Source: a bacterium
GTDB lineage: Bacteria; Hinthialibacterota; Hinthialibacteria; Hinthialibacterales; Hinthialibacteraceae
Direction: 5' to 3'
Assembly: GCA_041946805.1 (NCBI GenBank)
Contig: JBHGBC010000159.1
Span: 1-14,383, forward strand
DNA length: 14,383 bases
Positions within the stretch are counted from its first letter, which is position 1; every line of letters begins with the position of its first letter. The notes under the pieces are model-generated. The model had not been told where the DNA came from. It was given only the letters and a program-made list of their open reading frames with translations, and did no database searches. The translations under genes were made by a program, and so were the position numbers. Below are positions 7,710-14,383 of the stretch, piece after piece.

Positions 7710-7802
7710 ATGGTGGATTTGAGGCAGACGGTTATTTAAACCGCATATCCGGGCGCTCAAACCCGCCGGGATGGATCCCGATCGAACCAAGGTCAAAGAC
7801 GC

Positions 7803-8558
7803 ATGGCTTCTTTAACCGAAACGGCAATCGACTGGCAGGCGCTGAATGAGCGGTTGGAATCGTATTCCCCGCGGGAGATCATCGGGTGGGCGCACGAAAC
7901 GTTTGGATCCCAACTGGCCATGCTCTCGAGCATGCAGAAAACGGCGTCGGTGTTGACGCACACGCTGTACGCGATGGGACTGACCCAGGTCGAGATCATT
8001 TTCATCGACACCGGCTACCATTTTCCCGAGACGCTGGAACTGCGGGACCGGATGATCGAACAGTACGGGGTGAATATCCAGACCTACCAGCCCGACAAAT
8101 CGCCGGAGGAACAGTTCCGGGAATACGGGCGGGAATTGTATCTGCGGGACCGGGATTACCAACTGTGCTGCCAGTTGCGCAAGGAGGAGCCTTATTTGAA
8201 AGCGGCCCGCCGCTACAAGGCGGTTTTGTCGGGATTGCTGCGGAGCGAGGGCGGGGCGCGGAAGCAGATTCCGATCGTGGCGGTGGATCCCCGTATCCAG
8301 GGGTATAAAATACATCCCCTGGCCAACTGGAGCGGGGAGCAGGTGGACGAATACATCCAAGCCCATGACGTGTTGGTGCATCCCTTGCACGCGCGGGGAT
8401 ATCCCAGCATCGGCTGCGCGACGTGCACGACGCCGGTGCGCGTTGGAGAAGATGAACGGGCGGGCCGCTGGCGGCATATCCGGGAAGCCAATCCCAATAA
8501 AGAGGTCAAATTGTATTGCGGTATCAATTTCAGCGATAAATTGAAATCAAAAGTGTAG
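7803..8558 (+). CDS. cysH: adenylyl-sulfate (APS)/PAPS reductase, [4Fe-4S] type
   Basis: FIDTGYHFPETL, CCQLRKEEP, HPLANW, HPLH..GYPSIGCATCT, ERAGRW and C-terminal CG; the CC...CxxC set marks Fe-S-containing APS reductases. Confidence 0.92.
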   Translation: MASLTETAIDWQALNERLESYSPREIIGWAHETFGSQLAMLSSMQKTASVLTHTLYAMGLTQVEIIFIDTGYHFPETLELRDRMIEQYGVNIQTYQPDKSPEEQFREYGRELYLRDRDYQLCCQLRKEEPYLKAARRYKAVLSGLLRSEGGARKQIPIVAVDPRIQGYKIHPLANWSGEQVDEYIQAHDVLVHPLHARGYPSIGCATCTTPVRVGEDERAGRWRHIREANPNKEVKLYCGINFSDKLKSKV

Positions 8559-8560
8559 GG

Positions 8561-8635
8561 GATTCATCCCGCCCGGATTATTGGAATGCAAGAAAGAACT
8601 GGTTTACCCTTGTGTGAACGCATGGCGGATGAACC
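8561..8635. repeat. 75-bp mini-element bounded by inverted TTCATCC/GGATGAA ends
   Basis: GATTCATCCCGCC at 8561-8573 and CGCATGGCGGATGAACC at 8619-8635; same end motif as the 210-bp unit. Confidence 0.5.
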
Positions 8636-8676
8636 AGCAATATTTTCATCCTCTGATATTGTGGCTTGACCATGAT

Positions 8677-8888
8677 GGTTCATCCGAGAAGTGCGTTCAT
8701 CATGAGGTAAAATCGATTTCATTGCACTTCGGGACGCGGGCGGACGTCAAGGTCCGTCCTTGTCAAAAAATCCCTCACCCTAGCCCTCTCCCAGAGGGAG
8801 AGGGAATTTGGAGGGTGGTTTTCATCGATCATTTCGAGGAGATGCGAATCGGCGATCCGAAAAAATGCACGCATTTGCCCGATGAGCG
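8677..8888. mobile_element. composite MITE-like element (212 bp) carrying two REP-type hairpins
   Basis: 22-bp imperfect terminal inverted repeats (8677-8698 and 8867-8888; 15/22 match); flanked exactly by CCATGAT direct repeats (8670-8676, 8889-8895); contains a GTAG-type REP remnant (8738-8763) and REP-A (8772-8805); colinear with 11214-11421. Confidence 0.72.
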
Positions 8889-8942
8889 CCATGATTAAAT
8901 CACCATGACCGAAGGGTAAACTATTCTCATCAAATCACCACC

Positions 8943-9842
8943 ATGCGCTATCAAACTCCCTGTATCGAATGCGCCAAGCGGCAAGGGCTGCGGATCTACC
9001 GGCTGGTCATGGAGGGCCGGGGGGGACCCAGTCCGGACGGCAACGAGGAAGCGTTGCGGGCCGAACTGGACCGGCGGATCGGCCAGGCGGATCCCGTGTT
9101 GTCCCCGGCGGCGTTGTCGCTCATCGCCATCCGGACGGGGCAAAAGTACGCCGGCTCGGACGATCCTTTCCAGGATATCAAAAAGCACAACAACCAGTTG
9201 GCCTTGCGCTTGGTTCCCGAGTTGAAAGAACGGATCAGGCGCGCCCCGGATCCTCTCCGGCCGGCCTGCCAGTTGGCGGCATGCGGCAACATCATCGATC
9301 TGGGCATTCATAAGGATTTCGATATCCACGCGACCATCGAAAAAGTGCTGCGGGAAGGATTCGCGCGCGATGATTTCGGTTCGTTTGCGGAACTGATCAC
9401 GCAAATCCACCACGAAAAAGCCGATCCGCGGCTGCTGTATATTTGCGACAACGCCGGTGAGATCGTCTTCGACCGGATTTTCATCGAGGAGCTGATCCGC
9501 GCCTATCCCCGCATGGATATTACCGCGGTGGTGCGGCAGGTTCCCGTGCTGAACGACGCGACCCTGGATGACGCGCGGGAGACGGGCCTGACCGAGGTGG
9601 TCCGGGTGATCGGCAACGGCAACGCGGAACTGGGCACGGTGCTGCGCGCGGCGTCGGACGAATTGCGGAATGCGTTCGCGGAGGCGGATGTCATCGTCTC
9701 CAAGGGACAAGCCAATTACGAGACCCTGCCGCACGGTCACGATCGCTTGTTTTTTATCCTCAAGGCGAAATGTGAGGTGATCGCGGCTTCGCTGGGGGTG
9801 AATCTGTGGGACGCGGTAATGATCCGCGGCGGTGGGGGGTGA
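8943..9842 (+). CDS. DUF89 / ARMT1-like damage-control metal-dependent phosphatase
   Basis: N-terminal CxxC, GNIIDLG, CDNAGEIVFD, LNDAT, SKGQANYETL and LKAKC motifs. Confidence 0.93.
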   Translation: MRYQTPCIECAKRQGLRIYRLVMEGRGGPSPDGNEEALRAELDRRIGQADPVLSPAALSLIAIRTGQKYAGSDDPFQDIKKHNNQLALRLVPELKERIRRAPDPLRPACQLAACGNIIDLGIHKDFDIHATIEKVLREGFARDDFGSFAELITQIHHEKADPRLLYICDNAGEIVFDRIFIEELIRAYPRMDITAVVRQVPVLNDATLDDARETGLTEVVRVIGNGNAELGTVLRAASDELRNAFAEADVIVSKGQANYETLPHGHDRLFFILKAKCEVIAASLGVNLWDAVMIRGGGG

Positions 9843-9888
9843 GCCAATCCAGCCAGTTGGCCGGAAAAACCTTCATTCCCGGCTGTCT

Positions 9889-10953
9889 TCAAGGCTTTGC
9901 TTTTCCTTTTACAAAATCAGTTATGAATTCCACTTCGCTGGCGTCGAACGGAGTGCCGTCCCGCCGGAAAATATCGTGGAACCAGACCTTCGGTTCGGGT
10001 GAACCTTTTTCCGATCCCCAGGGATAGATCGTCTGCGTTTTCCCGCTGACCAGGCCCCAATTGATGCAACCGACCTGGTGTTTTTTGAAGACCGGCAGAT
10101 GGGTTTTGAACCGGCTGCCATTGGTCCGCGCCATGTACTCCGTGCAGATCAGGGGGCGGCCGAGTGTTTTCAATTCCTGAATCTGTTTCTCCAGGCTCTC
10201 TGTGCCGCTGTAATTGTGAAAGGTGATGACATCGGAGTTTTCCAACTGAAAGCGGTTGAGGATTTCGTTGTCATACCAGACGCCCGCCGACACCGGCTGC
10301 GAAGGCTTCGCGGCCCGCGCCCATTCGAACGCGGCCTTGAGCAACGGCATCGATTTTTCGCCCTGATCGCTGTTGCCCGGCTCGTTGTAGAGGTCCCAGA
10401 GCAGAATCCGCTGGTCTTGCGCGAACGTGCTGATGATGTCCTTTACGTAGGGTTCCAATTTCGGCCAGGCCGCCGAATCGTTCACGATTTTCTTTCCGGG
10501 ACTCTGCATCCAGCCCGAGTTGTGCACGCCGGGGATGGGATCCGGCTGCTTGCCGATTTGGGGCTCCTCGTTCCAACAATCGTCGAAAATCACGAACAGC
10601 GCCCGGATGCCATGCCGGTCCGCGATTTCCAGAAAGCGGCGCATGCGCTCCTTGAAGCCCTGGGCGTCCGCTTCCCACGCCAGGTTGTGCAGGTACACCC
10701 GCACGGTGTTGAAGCCGATTTTCGCCGCCCAGCCCAGTTCGCGATCGATGGCCGCGGGATCGAAGGTATCGGCCTGCCACATCTCCAACTGGTTGATGGC
10801 CGTGCTGGGAGTGAAGTTACAGCCCACGATCCATGGTTGTTTTTGATACCACGCGCGGGCTTGTTCAGTAGTCCAACGGCCGGCCGGTTCCGCCGCGGCC
10901 GCCAGCCCCACCGCCACGAAAGCCAACAGAAAAACCCAACCGATTTGTTTCAT
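9889..10953 (-). CDS. secreted glycoside hydrolase, GH5-like (clan GH-A)
   Basis: Sec signal peptide; NTVRVYLH, WDLYNEP (acid/base Glu), ITFHNY, ICTEY (nucleophile Glu), INWG; AAGGAG RBS. Subfamily (possibly GH5_13) unverified. Confidence 0.9.
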   Translation of the reverse strand: MKQIGWVFLLAFVAVGLAAAAEPAGRWTTEQARAWYQKQPWIVGCNFTPSTAINQLEMWQADTFDPAAIDRELGWAAKIGFNTVRVYLHNLAWEADAQGFKERMRRFLEIADRHGIRALFVIFDDCWNEEPQIGKQPDPIPGVHNSGWMQSPGKKIVNDSAAWPKLEPYVKDIISTFAQDQRILLWDLYNEPGNSDQGEKSMPLLKAAFEWARAAKPSQPVSAGVWYDNEILNRFQLENSDVITFHNYSGTESLEKQIQELKTLGRPLICTEYMARTNGSRFKTHLPVFKKHQVGCINWGLVSGKTQTIYPWGSEKGSPEPKVWFHDIFRRDGTPFDASEVEFITDFVKGKAKP

Positions 10954-11069
10954 GGTTAACTCCTTTCAGATGGATGAAACATTACTATATCAAAATTGGG
11001 AAGTGAATCGAGACCGGCGATCGTTTATCATTTGGGAGGGTGAAGATCTGTTTTACCTTCGCTTGATTT

Positions 11070-11103
11070 CCCTAATCCTGGCCCTCTCCCGGACGGAGAG
11101 GGA
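11070..11103 (+). repeat. REP-like palindrome, family A (degenerate)
   Basis: CCCTAATCCTGGCCCTCTCCCGGACGGAGAGGGA. Confidence 0.72.
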
Positions 11104-11129
11104 AGGGCATACCGTGGCGCCGGACATCT

Positions 11130-11172
11130 CCGGGCTGAAGCCCTGGGCTCGTGGAAAATCGCCGTTGGCGCT
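11130..11172 (-). repeat. REP-like double-hairpin, family B (reverse)
   Basis: Minus strand AGCGCCAACGGCGATTTTCCACGAGCCCAGGGCTTCAGCCCGG: small hairpin, GATT spacer, AGCC, then GGGCT-TC-AGCCC hairpin, as at 5502-5548. Confidence 0.55.
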
Positions 11173-11213
11173 TGAAAACGGTTTTGCCAGCCGGTAAATA
11201 GATACAAAAAGCA

Positions 11214-11421
11214 GGGGCATCCGGGAAATGCGTACATGGTTGTGCAATAGTATTCCATCCCCTCGCTGGCTAGGGTGGACACCCAGATCCGCCCCTACAA
11301 AATTCCCTCGCCCTTGCCCTCTACCAGAGGGAGAGGGAATTTGGGGAGAGGCGCTCATTGATCAACTGGAAGAGAGATCAACGAGCCGCCCAGAAAAAAG
11401 TGCGCACTAGCCAGATGCGCC
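11214..11421. mobile_element. composite MITE-like element (208 bp), second full copy
   Basis: Terminal inverted repeats GGGGCATCCGGGAAATGCGTAC and GTGCGCACTAGCCAGATGCGCC (16/22 match); GTAG-type REP at 11273-11298 (minus strand GTAGGGGCGGATCTGGGTGTCCACCC); REP-A at 11305-11338; no flanking direct repeat visible. Confidence 0.7.
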
Positions 11422-11448
11422 CCAAATTTTGAACCCGGATATCGAACC

Positions 11449-13617
11449 ATGCATCCATCCACCCGGCGGCGGTTTTTGAGAAACACGGTACTGGCCTCCC
11501 CGGCCCTGCTAAGCGTTCCGGGATGGACTTTCCCGGTCATCACCGGGGAGGCCGAAAATCCCGTGGAATTCGTGTTCGAGCCGGAGCAGAATATCATCCC
11601 CGCGCCCCGCGATCCCGCTCAAGGGCCCGCGTTCCGGCAGCGTCTCCATGAATGGCGGGACGCCACGCGCCGGCGGCTGAATTACTCGGACGCCCTGTAC
11701 CGGCGGGACGATTTTGCCTGGGTGAAATCCTGCTTTTCCTGTTGTTTTCTGATGATGTATGACGAGTCTTTTTACGACGGCCGGGAAGACCGGTACCGCG
11801 TGGAGGAATTTCTCGATCACGGCCGGCGCGAATTCGGCGGCTACGACGCGGTGGTGCTTTGGCACGCGTATCCCCGCATAGGGGCGGATGACCGCAACCA
11901 GTTCGATTTCTACCGCGACATGCCCGGGGGACTGGCGGGCCTGCGCGAACTCAGCCGCGCGTTTCATGGCCAGAACGTCAAGGTCTTCGTGGATTACAAT
12001 CCCTGGGACACCGGCACCCGGCGGGAGGAGCACGATGATCTGGACGCGCTCGCCGCTCTGGTCCAGGCCCTCGAGGCGGATGGAATCTTTCTCGATACGA
12101 TGAGCCGGGGAGCGGCCGGGTTCCGCGCCCGGTTGGACGCGGTCCGGCCCGGCGTGGTCCTGGAAGGGGAGATCGCGTTGCCGCTGGAAAACCTTCATGA
12201 CCATCACATGTCCTGGGCGCAGTGGTTCGAAGACAGCCCGGCGCCTGGCGTGATGAGGAACAAGTGGTTCGAACGCCGCCATCAGCAGCACCAGATCAAA
12301 CGTTGGGAACACGATCATTCGGGTGAATTACACTGCGCCTGGATGAACGGCAGCGGCATGATGATTTGGGAAAACGTCTTCGGTTCGTGGGTGGGCTGGA
12401 ACGCGCGGGACCGGTCAATCCTGCGTTCCATGCTGCCCATCCAACGGCGCTACGCCGATCTATTCTCGGGTGAAGGTTGGACTCCCCTGGTTCCCACGCT
12501 CGCACCGGGGATCTACGCGAGTCTGTGGGAGAGTGAAGGCTTGCAGTTGTGGACATTGGTCAATCGCTCGCAAAACTCGTACAAAGGACCATTACTCCAA
12601 GTTGAATCGCGTGGCGCGGGGCTTGTCTTGGATTTGATCAGGGGGCGCGAAGCGCGGGTGGACTCGCGGGATGGGGCAACAATCCTTTCCGGTACGCTCG
12701 GTCCCCGGGGAATCGGATGCTTTGTCTCGGGTGAAAGCACGGCCTCGGGCGCGGATTTCGAGGCCTTTCTGCAAGGCCAGGCCGGGCTGGCCGCCCGGGC
12801 GGATTTCGAAACCGTGTTTCCGGCCCGAGAAACACGCCGTGTGGCGGTCAGGAAAACCGCTCCGGTGTCAACGCTTCCCGAAGGCATGGTGGAAATCCCC
12901 GCCGCCGAATTGACGCTGGAGGTGGTGTTCCGGATTCGGGAATGCGGATTTTATGATTCGTCCTCCCAACCCCTGGCGGCCGGGAATCTCCACCAACCGG
13001 CCGTATTTCAACGGCCCGCCCAGCTGGAACGTTTTGCCATCGATCTCACGCCCGTGACCAACGCGCAATACGCCGAATTTCTACGCGTAAGCGGCTACCG
13101 CCCCCAACATCCCGAAAACTTCCTGAAACATTGGAACGGAGGCCAACCTCCCGCGGAACTTGAGGATCATCCCGTGGTGTATGTCGATCTCGAGGACGCC
13201 CGCGCGTACGCCGCCTGGGCGGGGAAACGCCTTCCCACCGAGGATGAATGGCAGTTCGCCGCGCAAGGCCGCGAGGGATTCCTCTATCCGTGGGGCAACG
13301 AAATGAGGCCGGACCGGTGCAACGGCGGCGAGCTGGGCGGGACCACGCCGGTTACCGCGTATCCCGAAGGCCGCTCGCCGTTCGGCTGTTATGACCTATG
13401 TGGCAATACGTGGGAATGGACGGAAAGCGAACACCGCGACGGCCGCACCCGCTTTGCCATTCTCAAGGGCGGCTCGTATTATGCCGCGCGGGGATCGGAT
13501 TGGTATTTCGATGGGGGGCCGCAAACCAACCGCTTCGCGGCCAAGTTTCTACTCCTCTGGCCGGGGCTCGACCGCTGCGCCACGATTGGATTCCGGTGTG
13601 TGAAGGATTTGGTATAA
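11449..13617 (+). CDS. Tat-leader multidomain protein with C-terminal FGE-sulfatase (SUMF1/EgtB/PvdO-like) domain
   Basis: TRRRFLR twin-arginine motif; C-terminal PVTNAQYAEFL, HPVVYV, GKRLPTEDEWQFAA, YPWGN, SPFGCYDLCGNTWEW, KGGS and IGFRC motifs; ~450-aa N-terminal region of unassigned function. Confidence 0.88.
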   Translation: MHPSTRRRFLRNTVLASPALLSVPGWTFPVITGEAENPVEFVFEPEQNIIPAPRDPAQGPAFRQRLHEWRDATRRRLNYSDALYRRDDFAWVKSCFSCCFLMMYDESFYDGREDRYRVEEFLDHGRREFGGYDAVVLWHAYPRIGADDRNQFDFYRDMPGGLAGLRELSRAFHGQNVKVFVDYNPWDTGTRREEHDDLDALAALVQALEADGIFLDTMSRGAAGFRARLDAVRPGVVLEGEIALPLENLHDHHMSWAQWFEDSPAPGVMRNKWFERRHQQHQIKRWEHDHSGELHCAWMNGSGMMIWENVFGSWVGWNARDRSILRSMLPIQRRYADLFSGEGWTPLVPTLAPGIYASLWESEGLQLWTLVNRSQNSYKGPLLQVESRGAGLVLDLIRGREARVDSRDGATILSGTLGPRGIGCFVSGESTASGADFEAFLQGQAGLAARADFETVFPARETRRVAVRKTAPVSTLPEGMVEIPAAELTLEVVFRIRECGFYDSSSQPLAAGNLHQPAVFQRPAQLERFAIDLTPVTNAQYAEFLRVSGYRPQHPENFLKHWNGGQPPAELEDHPVVYVDLEDARAYAAWAGKRLPTEDEWQFAAQGREGFLYPWGNEMRPDRCNGGELGGTTPVTAYPEGRSPFGCYDLCGNTWEWTESEHRDGRTRFAILKGGSYYAARGSDWYFDGGPQTNRFAAKFLLLWPGLDRCATIGFRCVKDLV

Positions 13618-13634
13618 GGTCTGCCTGATTTCGG

Positions 13635-14381
13635 TCACTCGCCGGCGGGTTTGACGGTCACGTTTCCCAACTTCCATTGCCCGTCTTGATATTTCAAGAT
13701 GGAAATGATTTCCGCGGCCACGTCAAAATGCGCGATGCCGCTCAGCGTCTGGAAGATCCGCAGCTCGTAGACGCCGTCGCCGTCCGGGTCCTCCGGGGTG
13801 ATCAGGCTGTAACCGCCCAGCCACATCAACTCCCGGGGCTCCAGCAGCTTTCCACCGCGGTAGAGTTTCATTTCGTCATACATGGAGCGGCGGTTCCGCA
13901 AATCCAGGGAATGGGTTTGATTGACTTCCGGAATGGTGAATTCCGCCTGATACCCATCCAGGAACCGGCCTTTCACACTCAACCATGGTTTCATCCCCGT
14001 GCTGAAAAGCAAGTCCGCTTTTCCCTTGGCGAAGGTGTAGATGTGATAGTGGCTGAGCCCGCCGCTGCCGCCGGTCGCCGCCGCGATGAACACATCCAAC
14101 ACCTTGTCCCCATTGAAATCATGCCACTGCATTTCCGGCCCATAGCCGCCGTCCGTTTCCTCGGGAAGAGGTTGGCAGGTTCCTTTTCCAGTCTGGGGAT
14201 CCTCGGCGGCCAGATAAATATGTTTCATGAACAAGGCGGCATCATCGAACCGCTCCGCGAGCAAGAGCAGGCGTTCGTTTATCCCGTCGCCGGTCACATC
14301 CACCGACGCCTGTTGCATGATGTAAGTTTTTTCCGGCAGGGAGTATTTCCGCGCCGCGTCATACCCAGCGGGGAGGATATA
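13635..14381 (-). CDS. hypothetical protein with FG-GAP/VCBS-like DxDGDG motifs (5'-truncated by window end)
   Basis: Frame remains open from 14318 to the window edge (YILPAGYDAARKYSLPEKTYI-MQQ...). Contains DVTGDG, DFNGDKVLD, DPDGDGVYE calcium-loop-like motifs and TGGSGG. Confidence 0.8.
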   Translation of the reverse strand, partial: YILPAGYDAARKYSLPEKTYIMQQASVDVTGDGINERLLLLAERFDDAALFMKHIYLAAEDPQTGKGTCQPLPEETDGGYGPEMQWHDFNGDKVLDVFIAAATGGSGGLSHYHIYTFAKGKADLLFSTGMKPWLSVKGRFLDGYQAEFTIPEVNQTHSLDLRNRRSMYDEMKLYRGGKLLEPRELMWLGGYSLITPEDPDGDGVYELRIFQTLSGIAHFDVAAEIISILKYQDGQWKLGNVTVKPAGE

Positions 14382-14383
14382 CA

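Noticed and set aside
6448..8558. Patatin + PAPS-reductase-domain pair as a CBASS- or Dnd-like defence system
   Set aside because: No CD-NTase or dnd partner genes in the window; the reductase has canonical assimilatory CysH size and motifs and a separate upstream regulatory region.
8581..8898. ORFs 8581-8898 and 11228-11410 share a peptide (P.P.PLPEGEGIW....ID..EE.....P.K..H)
   Set aside because: They are translations of the MITE-like repeat. Differences are spread over all codon positions (9/6/12 in the aligned 24 codons), and the copy at position 1 has an in-frame TGA right after GIWD.
1..14383. CRISPR array
   Set aside because: Repeats are dispersed, degenerate and irregularly spaced; no repeat-spacer periodicity and no cas genes.

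Overview
GC-rich bacterial chromosomal window with 11 well-supported CDSs: nuoC and nuoD (complex I, with no nuoE following), a Tat-leader UxuA-like dehydratase, a DUF1080 protein, a Tat-leader TIM-barrel protein with an atypical metal site, a patatin phospholipase, an orphan Fe-S type APS reductase (cysH) preceded by a palindromic operator-like site, a DUF89/ARMT1 phosphatase, a secreted GH5-like hydrolase, a large Tat-leader protein with a C-terminal FGE-sulfatase domain, and a truncated DxDGDG-repeat protein. The most unusual signal is intergenic. Most of the longer spacers contain REP-like hairpins of several families. Some of these are packaged in a ~210-bp composite MITE-like unit with 22-bp imperfect terminal inverted repeats; one copy is flanked by a 7-bp direct repeat. 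The 1-kb gap at 5430-6447 holds a candidate structured ncRNA (~5814-5993) with an upstream promoter-like sequence and an intrinsic terminator. No transposase, CRISPR array, tRNA or rRNA was seen. All assignments are from motif recognition by eye; no database searches were run.
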